Positions 10,230 to 18,337 of a stretch of DNA of 64,000 nt are shown here, piece by piece. Within the stretch, counting starts at the first letter, position 1, and every line of letters starts with the position of its first letter. Source of the DNA: a virus; the IMG/VR virus record IMGVR_UViG_3300021375_000007, positions 1 to 64,000 of that record; one strand, 5' to 3'. Below the pieces are notes generated by a model. It saw nothing but the letters and a program-made list of their open reading frames with translations. It searched no databases and had not been told where the DNA came from. The translations under genes and the position numbers were made by a program.

Positions 10230-12911
10230 TTATCCAAAAGAAAAGAATTGATTTAATGCTGCATTATTAGGAATAGTACCCCAATTACAAGCTGCATAGA
10301 AATCATTTAACTTGTTTTCAAATGCTCTATTGAAAATTTTATCATAGTCAATATAATCTTCAACCATCTTAACTATCTCAGGCGGATCTTCAAACCCTTT
10401 AATAGCCAGCTGGTCTATACCAAATGAATTGCTTTTTAAGTAAGTCCATTTAATCTTTTGTGCATCTAGTATTGGCGCTGTCGAAGTAATACTGTAATGA
10501 GTCAAATAATCATTATAATTCAACGCGGCCTTTACATGTACAGGAGTACGTGACTTACGCTTACCAAACAATTGGCCGGTCTTCCATTTTTTTAATTCTT
10601 TAACACCAATTGGCGACATTACTTGTAATAATGGTAATGACTTAATATGTTCTTTGAAATCTAAAATTTTAGTATCTACTAATTCTTTAGCCGATAGTTT
10701 AAGTATATCTTCTAATATTTCTGCCATGAACTTTCGAAAGGCAGGCGGGAAAGAAGATCTAACAACATCTAATCCTTTTACATCTAATCTAGATATTGTA
10801 TGTCCTTCCTGATTAATCAACCATTGAGCATAACGCTTCTTGGCAATCCACAATCCAGCCTTGGCAACAAACTCTTGCTTAATATCAAATCTATGATCTG
10901 TTACATTATGAAATCGTTGAGCATAGATATTGTACATTTCATTGATAAACTGCTGAACCTCGGATGCGACTTCGATAGTCTTTTCAGCCATCCACTTCTC
11001 ATCATTAATATCATACTCAGGATACCGCTTTTCAATAATTGGTAATGATGAAAAGAATACACTATCAGTATCTATATAGATATTGAAATCTTTTTCTACA
11101 CCAAGCTCTCGCGAATAAAATTTATTACCAATATCAGCCGTAAACTTAATTAATTGCTGACCGGTACTCGTAACGGCAACTGTATTATCAGGATCATAAA
11201 ATCTAAATCCAGCATTTCCTAATGCTCCATAAAAAGAGTTAAGCATAATTTTAGTAACTAGCTGCAGCCTATCATAATATACTGCTTTAGCATCATCACC
11301 TTCCTTTTCACTCTTCTTTCTTAAATTTTTATATTCTACACGTTCATTGAACCATTTATCCAAGATAACTGGTATCAGGCCTGGTGAATCTGTTTTATAT
11401 ACCACACCATTAGCCGCTATACTATATTTGTTAGTAGTTAACCATTCCTTAAGAGATTCAGTAGTATATCCTTCATTGCCTGGCATTAATGTTAAATGCA
11501 TTTCTTCGCCACGGATAAACTTATGGCCATCGAAGCCAACAATCTTACCTATTTTAGTTTCAGGTGAGATATTGCAAGTCATAATGATAGACGGATATAG
11601 AGATGTTAAATCTAAGTCATATACCCATTTATATAATCCTGGATCTGGAGTTTTTACATATGCACCTAATAAATCAATAGCAACATCTAATCCGCCAGGC
11701 AATGGCTTATTAAGGCCTGTTGATAGAATAAAGACATTCCGCTTGAAATCAATATCAACATATTCAGTTTTTTCACTTCCACTCTTCGATGTATGTATTT
11801 TCAATTGACCGGAAGGTGGCGTATCCTTTGGAATCTCATTAACACGAATTTCTTTGCTACGAGCTATATAATCGCCAGCCGTTTGTATCTTAACTCTTCG
11901 CTTCCTGGATGGAGCTACTATATTATTTCGTTTAAGATATGTTAATGATGCTCCGTCTAGATATCTAGTAGAATAAAATACATCTTCATATGGTACATGG
12001 CCTTTATGACATATACTCATTGCTAATTCAATAAGCTGCATCTTCTGATCTAATTCAACTACCAAATCAACATCTGTCAAGTTATAATCAATATACTTTT
12101 GAATATCGGTAGTAAAGAGAGTATTCAAATCCCCATCATATTCAATCTTACCTTTACCTAATTCTTTCCGAGATATCGCATCTAATGCATAACTAGATTC
12201 TTCGGAATATGTAAAGTTCTTATACAATGCCATATAGTCTAATGCAGATACACCTGCTATAGTATATGAATCGCTACGCTCATTATATTTAACTTCTTTG
12301 ATAGGTGACAATGCATTGGCCATCGATTTACCTAATACCGAAGTCATTCGCCTATATAAATAAGGAATATCAAATCCATCAATATTCCAGCCGGTTAAGA
12401 TAGTAGGATTAGTCTGATGATATTTAAACAAGAATTTCTGTAATAACTCTTCCTCGGTTTGACAAGATAAGATCTCACAGTCATTTGCTTCTTTAGATTC
12501 TACCAAACGACGCTTATCTAAAATAAACACGTATCGCATATCTACTTGATGATCATAATACGCGATAGATGTAATTTCTTTATTTGCAGTTTCAATATTA
12601 GGATATCCACCCTCGATATCAACCTCGATATCAAAAGTTAATATACGATGATTAACACTAGACTCATCTGAATCCGTATATCGATCAATCAGAACACGAA
12701 CCTCGGGTCTAACATCTGATTCATATAATCCATGATCATCGCGAGTAGGATTAAATACTTGTTCTAACTGATTACCATCTAATGCTACAAAAGGACCATA
12801 TGAAGATTTTTTATAAGCATATGGCTTATATTTTATCTTCTTATGACCTTCAATATCATCCCATAGATGAACAGTATTCGTCTTACGTTGATAGTATATA
12901 TTCTGATACAT
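10230..12911 (-). CDS. Family B DNA polymerase (T4 gp43-like) with 3'-5' exonuclease
   Basis: FDIE (ExoI), GWNIDGFDIPY, YNLTD, DLTSLYPSII, KIMLNSFYG, YIDTDS, KKRYA. Confidence 0.96.
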   Translation of the reverse strand: MYQNIYYQRKTNTVHLWDDIEGHKKIKYKPYAYKKSSYGPFVALDGNQLEQVFNPTRDDHGLYESDVRPEVRVLIDRYTDSDESSVNHRILTFDIEVDIEGGYPNIETANKEITSIAYYDHQVDMRYVFILDKRRLVESKEANDCEILSCQTEEELLQKFLFKYHQTNPTILTGWNIDGFDIPYLYRRMTSVLGKSMANALSPIKEVKYNERSDSYTIAGVSALDYMALYKNFTYSEESSYALDAISRKELGKGKIEYDGDLNTLFTTDIQKYIDYNLTDVDLVVELDQKMQLIELAMSICHKGHVPYEDVFYSTRYLDGASLTYLKRNNIVAPSRKRRVKIQTAGDYIARSKEIRVNEIPKDTPPSGQLKIHTSKSGSEKTEYVDIDFKRNVFILSTGLNKPLPGGLDVAIDLLGAYVKTPDPGLYKWVYDLDLTSLYPSIIMTCNISPETKIGKIVGFDGHKFIRGEEMHLTLMPGNEGYTTESLKEWLTTNKYSIAANGVVYKTDSPGLIPVILDKWFNERVEYKNLRKKSEKEGDDAKAVYYDRLQLVTKIMLNSFYGALGNAGFRFYDPDNTVAVTSTGQQLIKFTADIGNKFYSRELGVEKDFNIYIDTDSVFFSSLPIIEKRYPEYDINDEKWMAEKTIEVASEVQQFINEMYNIYAQRFHNVTDHRFDIKQEFVAKAGLWIAKKRYAQWLINQEGHTISRLDVKGLDVVRSSFPPAFRKFMAEILEDILKLSAKELVDTKILDFKEHIKSLPLLQVMSPIGVKELKKWKTGQLFGKRKSRTPVHVKAALNYNDYLTHYSITSTAPILDAQKIKWTYLKSNSFGIDQLAIKGFEDPPEIVKMVEDYIDYDKIFNRAFENKLNDFYAACNWGTIPNNAALNQFFSFG

Positions 12912-13417
12912 TAATTAATTTTATACAAATTTCTATAATTACGCTTAAGGCCATTGTCATCAAACCCATATCCTACAACCCATTCATCATCGATCTCAAA
13001 ACAGAAATGATCAATAGGAAACTCATTATCCTTTCTATTGACCAATGTAACTACCTTTACCTCTGCAGGCATTTCTGAATCTACTCTGTTTAACACTTCC
13101 ATCATTGTCTGACCTGTATCAACAATATCCTCGATAATATAAACACGCTTACCTTTTAAAGATAGTTCGATATCTTTAGTAAATTTAACGCCTCCGGAGT
13201 TATCTTTACCAATATAAGATTTTGGACGGATAAAATCAACCTCAATATCTATACCCATATCTTTCACTAGGTCCGTAAAGAACATAAAAGCGCCATTTAA
13301 TACACCGATCATTACCGGTGGATATGCTGAATTACTATTACGATGTTCTTCTGACAATGTATGAGCCATGGCTCTAACTCGTCGTTCTATTTTGTATTCT
13401 GGTATAATTATTTCCAT
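12911..13417 (-). CDS. hpt: Hypoxanthine/guanine phosphoribosyltransferase
   Basis: GVLNGAFMFFTDL, IIEDIVDTGQT PRPP-binding motif, WVVGYGFD...RN. Confidence 0.9.
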   Translation of the reverse strand: MEIIIPEYKIERRVRAMAHTLSEEHRNSNSAYPPVMIGVLNGAFMFFTDLVKDMGIDIEVDFIRPKSYIGKDNSGGVKFTKDIELSLKGKRVYIIEDIVDTGQTMMEVLNRVDSEMPAEVKVVTLVNRKDNEFPIDHFCFEIDDEWVVGYGFDDNGLKRNYRNLYKIN

Positions 13418-13596
13418 TAAGTCATTATATCATTTACAGCATCCGCAAATGCTTCCATTGGCGTTTCATGTTCCCCATGTAAGGCTAAAAGCAATGCATT
13501 ATAAACTAATTCAGCGTCCATATCAATGCGGTTAGCTAATTGTAGCTTAGTTTTAATATATTCTAAATCAGATTTAATTTGGCTATTACTACTCAT
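13417..13596 (-). CDS. Small hypothetical protein
   Basis: About 59-aa ORF filling the folE-hpt gap and overlapping both neighbours. Confidence 0.5.
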   Translation of the reverse strand: MSSNSQIKSDLEYIKTKLQLANRIDMDAELVYNALLLALHGEHETPMEAFADAVNDIMT

Positions 13597-14251
13597 ATCC
13601 TCTAACAAATTCATAAAACTCATTTCTAGTTGATGGATCATCTTTAAATGCTCCAGTTAGTTTAGACGTCTTCATCGAAGCACCACCATGCTTTACACCT
13701 CTACAAGATACGCAATTATGAGTAGCATCAATCATAACAGCAACTCCTTTACTGTCATTGATAATTGTATTAATTGAATTATGTATAGCAACTGTTAATT
13801 GTTCTTGTATAGCACCTCTTCTTCCGAAATGTTCTACTAGCCTATTTAATTTAGATAGTCCTATCACTTTACTATCATTGCCTGGTATATAAGCTACATG
13901 AACTTTACCCATAATGGTTTGGTGATGATGAGAACACATTGAAGTTAATGGTATGCCACCTTCAAATACCATACCATCATAGCCATCAGATGGGAATGCT
14001 GTAATATCCGGAGAACCTTCGTATCTGCCAGCCCATAAATCATTAACATATGCTTTTGCTACTCTATGAGGAGTATTATCAGAATTCGGGTCATTTCTCC
14101 AGTCACACTTAAGCGCATCTAAAAATTCACCAAATGCTTTAGTAGCATCTTTGATCATTTTTTGCTTGTCTGCATCTGTTACAGGTCCTCCGGGAGCGAC
14201 GCCATTAGCAAATCCTTCCTTAACTAATTCAATTGTTTTATCTTTTTCCAT
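13589..14251 (-). CDS. folE: GTP cyclohydrolase I
   Basis: TPHRVAK, SMCSHH, GLSKLNR, IQEQLT, HNCVSCRG, TRNEF. Confidence 0.95.
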   Translation of the reverse strand: MEKDKTIELVKEGFANGVAPGGPVTDADKQKMIKDATKAFGEFLDALKCDWRNDPNSDNTPHRVAKAYVNDLWAGRYEGSPDITAFPSDGYDGMVFEGGIPLTSMCSHHHQTIMGKVHVAYIPGNDSKVIGLSKLNRLVEHFGRRGAIQEQLTVAIHNSINTIINDSKGVAVMIDATHNCVSCRGVKHGGASMKTSKLTGAFKDDPSTRNEFYEFVRGYE

Positions 14252-14252
14252 A

Positions 14253-14552
14253 TTATCCTTCCGTTGATATCATTGATAATTCTGATTCTCTGATTAATGT
14301 GTACTCCTCTCCTTCTAACATAACCTTTCTTCCATCATTAAGCAAATGGTTCTGTATAAGTACCGTATCACCTACGGTAGTCGTCATTGGTATCTTATCA
14401 CCTGTTTGAGTAAATAGTCCAGTACCAACCGATATAACTTCGCCATATGTATATGACGTTTGATTGCTAGTAAGAAGAATACCTGAGGTAGTTTTCTTTT
14501 CTTCTTCCGTTACTTTAATTAGGAGCATATCTCCCATTGGTTTCATTTTCAT
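14253..14552 (-). CDS. groS: Co-chaperonin GroES
   Basis: MKPMGDMLLIK...TTSGILL...GEVISVGTG...VGDTVL...LIRESEL. Confidence 0.88.
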   Translation of the reverse strand: MKMKPMGDMLLIKVTEEEKKTTSGILLTSNQTSYTYGEVISVGTGLFTQTGDKIPMTTTVGDTVLIQNHLLNDGRKVMLEGEEYTLIRESELSMISTEG

Positions 14553-14559
14553 TTTAAAC

Positions 14560-15309
14560 TCACTTTTTTGTTAACTTCTTAAAATATAAATAATCTTTCT
14601 GAGATTTCCTAGAATTATTTCTCTTTGTAGTTACTACTAAATTATCTAATTCGCATACTTCATTAATAGTCCATTTATCATTAAATGCCTTTAATACTGA
14701 AACTTTGTGGTCGATAGTTGGATAGTCTCCATTAGTATAATGTAATTTAAAATTATCCTTAATATACTTGCCATCATAGTGATCATATCCGTCCCAGTTA
14801 TCATATATTTCTAGTCGTTTCATTTTAGTTCGATGACGTACCTTTTTAACATATTCTTTATATGTCATTCCTTCCACTAATTTTGACGTATCTACAGCAA
14901 TTCCTTTTTTAATCCTAGTTTTAAGACTTTTAGCTTTTGCCTCAGGTGAATTTGCGTTTTCTAATCGTTTTTTATTCTGGGGTGGTTGAATTTTATTATC
15001 AGATAACCATGTAGCATAACATGCATGATTACAAAATATACCTTTGTTTCTACGTACTTTATTTACCCATTTTCCACATGAATCACAATTATCACCTTTA
15101 CCACGACAAAGGTCAGAACAATATTTTATTTTATTTGCTAACCGTTTATTCGATTTAAATTCACTATTACATTTACTACATGAATATATAAAATCTCCTT
15201 CAAGGCTTTTTTTTACCGACTCACTAATTCTATTTTTTATTTCATTAGCTTTATCTTTACCATATTCAACTACCATATCGATATTCACTCTATGACTATT
15301 TCTTGGCAT
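14560..15309 (-). CDS. Free-standing HNH-type homing endonuclease with Zn-finger repeats
   Basis: CxxC...YCSDLC and FCNHAC repeats; C-terminal TIDHKVS...NLVVTTKRNNSRK; own AAGGAG RBS. Confidence 0.7.
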   Translation of the reverse strand: MPRNSHRVNIDMVVEYGKDKANEIKNRISESVKKSLEGDFIYSCSKCNSEFKSNKRLANKIKYCSDLCRGKGDNCDSCGKWVNKVRRNKGIFCNHACYATWLSDNKIQPPQNKKRLENANSPEAKAKSLKTRIKKGIAVDTSKLVEGMTYKEYVKKVRHRTKMKRLEIYDNWDGYDHYDGKYIKDNFKLHYTNGDYPTIDHKVSVLKAFNDKWTINEVCELDNLVVTTKRNNSRKSQKDYLYFKKLTKK

Positions 15310-15362
15310 ATTATCTCCTTTAAGATAAATATGCATATGCATGTAGTTTTATTCCTTGAAGG

Positions 15363-16208
15363 TCAGACCCCAGTGGTCTGATCCCAAGCCGAAATGTGCA
15401 TTCTAGATAGTGCTATAAATTTATATTTAATTCCCATTTCCATTACCCATTTAGTTCGCTCATGGAAATTTTCTCGCGAATCCATTCCTGGCATGCAACA
15501 TACATTTGTTATTGGAATGTTAAATGGATTGATAAATGTATCGAACATTTCTTTAATATCATCTTCATCTGAAACTACGAATTTAAATTGATAGTTAGGA
15601 TGTGACCTAATAGAATATAATGCATTTTCTCTAATGCGTTGCTTTTCATTCATACCAGAATTTGCTAGCTTAGGCGAACAATTAATCTGATCTATATAAA
15701 CGGCTAATTCAGACGTTAATGGAACTGTACCATTTGTTTCTATTTCGCAATAAGGTGTAAATGGTAAATCGCATGTATAACAATATTCTTCAAGGTATTC
15801 CATAAAGCCGACTATTGCTCGCTGATGCATTGGTATGGTAGGTTCGCCTCCGGTCCATATGATATGAATTACTCCTGATGCTATATCAGCAAGTATATCC
15901 TGCTCATCCCATCTTTCAACCAAATATTCATATGGCCGATGTGAGCCTTTTGCCCATTCTGGTATTGAATCACAAGTCCATGTAGCCTTACCTTCGAGTT
16001 CTAAATCTCCTTGAAATGATCCTGGCGTATCATCCCGTTCTTCTTTCTTAAACTTATTAACAAATTTAGGAGTAGCGCCGCATGTTAAATTGCAATTTGC
16101 CAACCTAATAAAATAAGCCGGTACCCCTGTAGTCTTTCCTTCACCTTGGATGGAATAAAAATCTTCTGAAATAAGTATCTTGTTTTGTTCTGATCCTGAC
16201 ATTGTCAT
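15363..16208 (-). CDS. queE: 7-carboxy-7-deazaguanine synthase (radical SAM)
   Basis: FYSIQGEG, FIRLANCNLTC...CDS, TGGEP, EIETNGT, SPKL, KFVV, RMH. Confidence 0.9.
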   Translation of the reverse strand: MTMSGSEQNKILISEDFYSIQGEGKTTGVPAYFIRLANCNLTCGATPKFVNKFKKEERDDTPGSFQGDLELEGKATWTCDSIPEWAKGSHRPYEYLVERWDEQDILADIASGVIHIIWTGGEPTIPMHQRAIVGFMEYLEEYCYTCDLPFTPYCEIETNGTVPLTSELAVYIDQINCSPKLANSGMNEKQRIRENALYSIRSHPNYQFKFVVSDEDDIKEMFDTFINPFNIPITNVCCMPGMDSRENFHERTKWVMEMGIKYKFIALSRMHISAWDQTTGV

Positions 16209-16675
16209 ACTCCTTTATATATAGCTGTATTTTTTTTATTTTCAAAGAATTCAACTTGTGCTACTTTAACTCTACCATTAGTCTCTTCTTGCACAAATGC
16301 ATTTAATTTCTTAAAGATAAACTCTGCAAATCTTTCGGCACCAACAGGACCAGCCATTGGTCTTAACTGTATAATACCTTTCATATGCATATCTTTAAAC
16401 ATTTCCAATTCAGGATCATCTTCTGCAATAACTACAGTATGGTCAAACATATAATCCATCCAGACCTTTGGACTGAATCCATCAATCTGAGTTTTAGATC
16501 TTTTCATACCACCAAAGTCCCAAACCCAATTTCGATGATCTAGTTCTCCTTCAAAAGTAACTTTGAATTCAATTGCATAACCATGCAAGAATCTGCAATG
16601 CGTATCTTTGGCCTGCCATTGTCGGAAGACAGTACTAAAGCCATCGAATATTTTTGTTGATTGAAATTTACCCAT
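16205..16675 (-). CDS. queD: 6-carboxytetrahydropterin synthase
   Basis: HCRFLHGY, WVWDFG, FDH, AERFA...E.FEN.KN.A.Y. Confidence 0.88.
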   Translation of the reverse strand: MGKFQSTKIFDGFSTVFRQWQAKDTHCRFLHGYAIEFKVTFEGELDHRNWVWDFGGMKRSKTQIDGFSPKVWMDYMFDHTVVIAEDDPELEMFKDMHMKGIIQLRPMAGPVGAERFAEFIFKKLNAFVQEETNGRVKVAQVEFFENKKNTAIYKGV

Positions 16676-16676
16676 A

Positions 16677-16982
16677 TTATCCTTCATGCGTCCAGGCTAC
16701 GAAATATTTCCGGCCTCCAGTTAATAAATGTGATGCTGTACCAGCACCGTTTAAAGCAAATTCAGCAAGATAGTTATCTCGATTATCTTCAGACTGAAAT
16801 AACGCAAAATTAGATGCATATGGATATGTCTCACTAAAAGATATCCCAGATGCTTTAACCGAATTTGCATTGACGGTCTCCATCAACATCGTGCGGAGAT
16901 ATTCTTGATCGCAGCTAGGAACTTTATACCAATTGAAGTCCAAAGCTAATTCTTTGTAATTAAATGATTTCTGTTTTGCCAT
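16677..16982 (-). CDS. Hypothetical protein
   Basis: ORF starting MAKQKSF, downstream of a promoter motif. Confidence 0.55.
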   Translation of the reverse strand: MAKQKSFNYKELALDFNWYKVPSCDQEYLRTMLMETVNANSVKASGISFSETYPYASNFALFQSEDNRDNYLAEFALNGAGTASHLLTGGRKYFVAWTHEG

Positions 16983-17041
16983 TTTATTTAAATTAAGATA
17001 TATACACAATATAAGAAACTATTTTCAATTTACCAAACTTT

Positions 17042-17230
17042 TTATAGAAACGCTGAACCCCATCCTATATGAATTATCACAGTTCGTTCTGTGAATCCAG
17101 GTAGTCTATTTTTTTCAAGCTTAGCTATTATCGCATCCATATGAGTGTTGCGAAAGGTCTTTTTACGGACCTTCCGGGCTTTTGCACTAGTCTTATATGT
17201 AATTGTAATCGGCGCTTTTACGTGTGCCAT
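17042..17230 (-). CDS. Small basic hypothetical protein
   Basis: 62-aa ORF in a tightly packed run. Confidence 0.5.
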   Translation of the reverse strand: MAHVKAPITITYKTSAKARKVRKKTFRNTHMDAIIAKLEKNRLPGFTERTVIIHIGWGSAFL

Positions 17231-17231
17231 G

Positions 17232-17462
17232 TTATTGTTTATCTACTAGAAAGAATCTTTCAAATTTAGCCGGACTAAATTTAGTTAACGGCTCATCTGA
17301 ATAATCCATATCAAATCTCACTGCATACTTGCCTTTCTTGGTAATCTTCTTGAGAGTACCAAAGCATCCGTTCCCATTAATGATATTATCACCTAAGGAT
17401 ACGTTAACTTCGTTGAGATTTACTTTCTCCCAGCCATCTGCTAAAAATTCTGCTTCTGACAT
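17232..17462 (-). CDS. Hypothetical protein, possibly SH3-like beta barrel
   Basis: 76-aa ORF coupled to its neighbours. Confidence 0.5.
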   Translation of the reverse strand: MSEAEFLADGWEKVNLNEVNVSLGDNIINGNGCFGTLKKITKKGKYAVRFDMDYSDEPLTKFSPAKFERFFLVDKQ

Positions 17463-17746
17463 TATGCTACTACTTTAAATTTAGGAAAGATTGCTACTCC
17501 TGGTCGACCGTATCGGTCCAAGCTATTTCCAGTAGTATCAATATAGAACCGTTCACCGTAATTATCAAGCAGATACTTCATAATCTTAACTCTGGTCTTT
17601 TCTCCTACTGCCCAATACTTGGTACGGTAATCAGCTCTTAGCTTCCGCGGCTCGGAAAATATTCTGCAAAAAGCACTTTCTCCAAACTCTGATTTAATCT
17701 CTTTCCCAATCTTACTAACAAGGGCAAAATATTCTACTTTTTTCAT
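17462..17746 (-). CDS. Hypothetical early protein
   Basis: 94-aa ORF directly downstream of repeat copy 1. Confidence 0.55.
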   Translation of the reverse strand: MKKVEYFALVSKIGKEIKSEFGESAFCRIFSEPRKLRADYRTKYWAVGEKTRVKIMKYLLDNYGERFYIDTTGNSLDRYGRPGVAIFPKFKVVA

Positions 17747-17750
17747 TTGA

Positions 17751-17845
17751 TATTATTTAATGGTTTAACTACTTAATTATCTAACACTTAAATATAAGAA
17801 TTATCTCAACGCGAACCAACCTTTTTGAAAACTTTTCTCAACTTT
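17751..17845 (-). repeat. 95-bp direct repeat copy 1, containing a promoter and leader
   Basis: Matches 18180-18274 at 91 of 95 positions by manual alignment; contains TTG-N20-TATATT. Confidence 0.92.
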
Positions 17846-17864
17846 AGATTGGTTCGGTAATTTA

Positions 17865-18173
17865 TTAATAGATTGCTTCATTTTTATGAAACTTTGGATA
17901 TAAATCTATCGTTTCCAAAATCCTATGAATGGTAAAATGCAACAATGGACTTTCAACTCTTATTACTTCCATTTCTTTATCATTGCGGATTGCATTTGCA
18001 TAATCAAATCCATCATATAATCCAGCAAGCATATTAGCTACTGAACCAAATGCAAGCGATCTTTCTGATGCATTATGCTCTATTCTAAATAATTCTGTCT
18101 TGCACATTGAGATCAAATCCATCGTCTCATCACTCATACACTCATGTCTATCAAAATACTTCATTTCATTCAT
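17865..18173 (-). CDS. Hypothetical early protein
   Basis: 102-aa ORF lying between the two repeat copies. Confidence 0.6.
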   Translation of the reverse strand: MNEMKYFDRHECMSDETMDLISMCKTELFRIEHNASERSLAFGSVANMLAGLYDGFDYANAIRNDKEMEVIRVESPLLHFTIHRILETIDLYPKFHKNEAIY

Positions 18174-18179
18174 TTAACT

Positions 18180-18274
18180 TATTATTTAATGGTTTAACTA
18201 CTTAATTATCTAACACTTAAATATAAGGTTTATATGAACGCGAACCAACCTTTTTGAAAACTTTTCTCAACTTT
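18180..18274 (-). repeat. 95-bp direct repeat copy 2, containing a promoter and leader
   Basis: Near-identical to 17751-17845. Confidence 0.92.
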
Positions 18275-18284
18275 TTTTAGGCGA

Positions 18285-18311
18285 AGAAAGGATATACAAT
18301 GTGTATATCCA
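18285..18311 (-). terminator. Hairpin downstream of the RNR gene, possible terminator
   Basis: GGATATACA-cat-TGTATATCC followed by TTTCTT on the minus strand. Confidence 0.5.
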
Positions 18312-18337
18312 ATCCTCTGTACCTAAATATGTATATG

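Noticed and set aside
11667-11910. Possible intein in PolB
   Set aside because: The insert is too short and lacks intein terminal residues and endonuclease motifs; kept only as a domain insertion.
17751-18274. 95-bp repeats as a CRISPR array or IS ends
   Set aside because: There are only two long direct copies containing promoter motifs, with no transposase and no spacer periodicity.
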